Part shown: positions 62,980 through 63,055 of the stretch, in pieces
How positions within the stretch are numbered: the first letter of the stretch is position 1
Layout: each line of letters opens with the position of its first letter
Assembly: GCF_001447785.1 (NCBI RefSeq)
Contig: NW_015170887.1
Span: 2,735,053-2,798,107 of the forward strand
Length of the DNA stretch: 63,055 bases
Reading direction: 5' to 3'
Origin: Gekko japonicus
Lineage: Eukaryota
Made by a program: the position numbers and the translations under genes
Notes under the pieces: model-generated
What the model was told of the DNA's origin: nothing
Database searches by the model: none
What the model saw: only the letters and a program-made list of their open reading frames with translations

Positions 62980-63055
62980 GTAAGAACATAAGAAGAGACC
63001 TGCTGAATCAGACCGGTGGTACATCTAGTCCAGCATCCTGTCTCATGCAGCAGCC
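62980..63055 (-). mobile_element. CR1-type LINE 3' end (runs off the window)
   Basis: taagaacataagaagagacctgctgaatcagacc...tctagtccagcatcctgt. Confidence 0.75.

Noticed and set aside
13340-63055. NF-kB-responsive miRNA host gene (miR-146, miR-155, miR-147)
   Set aside because: I looked by eye for the mature sequences and found no convincing match; a manual scan could miss one.

Overview
This is eukaryotic, repeat-rich genomic DNA from a squamate reptile, most likely a gecko. The assignment is inferred from its repeat complement: Sauria SINEs, Squam2/Squam3-type tRNA SINEs, 5S-derived SINEs, Bov-B/RTE, L2, CR1 and Penelope-derived elements. No protein-coding gene can be named with confidence. 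Most long ORFs in the track are decayed L2 or Bov-B reverse-transcriptase fragments, or chance ORFs in repeats and a CpG island. The main non-repeat landmark is a CpG island at about 13.3-14.8 kb, carrying CCAAT boxes and a cluster of NF-kB-like sites. A candidate downstream exon with a short ORF lies at about 21.9-22.4 kb. The most notable structures are: (1) a young CpG-rich composite retroposon with a tRNA/Sauria-SINE-like head, a unique GC-rich body, an L2-type tail and a 7-bp TSD; (2) hammerhead-ribozyme-like motifs in Penelope-derived sequence; (3) three Gypsy-like solo LTRs that each retain a decayed RRRSARL-coding motif; (4) a ~1.06-kb tandem duplication joined by a 208-bp internal L2 RT fragment; (5) three- and four-level nested insertions with readable TSDs. 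Family names come from recall of consensus features, not database searches. Boundaries without a TSD are approximate. Assembly gaps (N) occur at 4002-4044 and 38051-38062.
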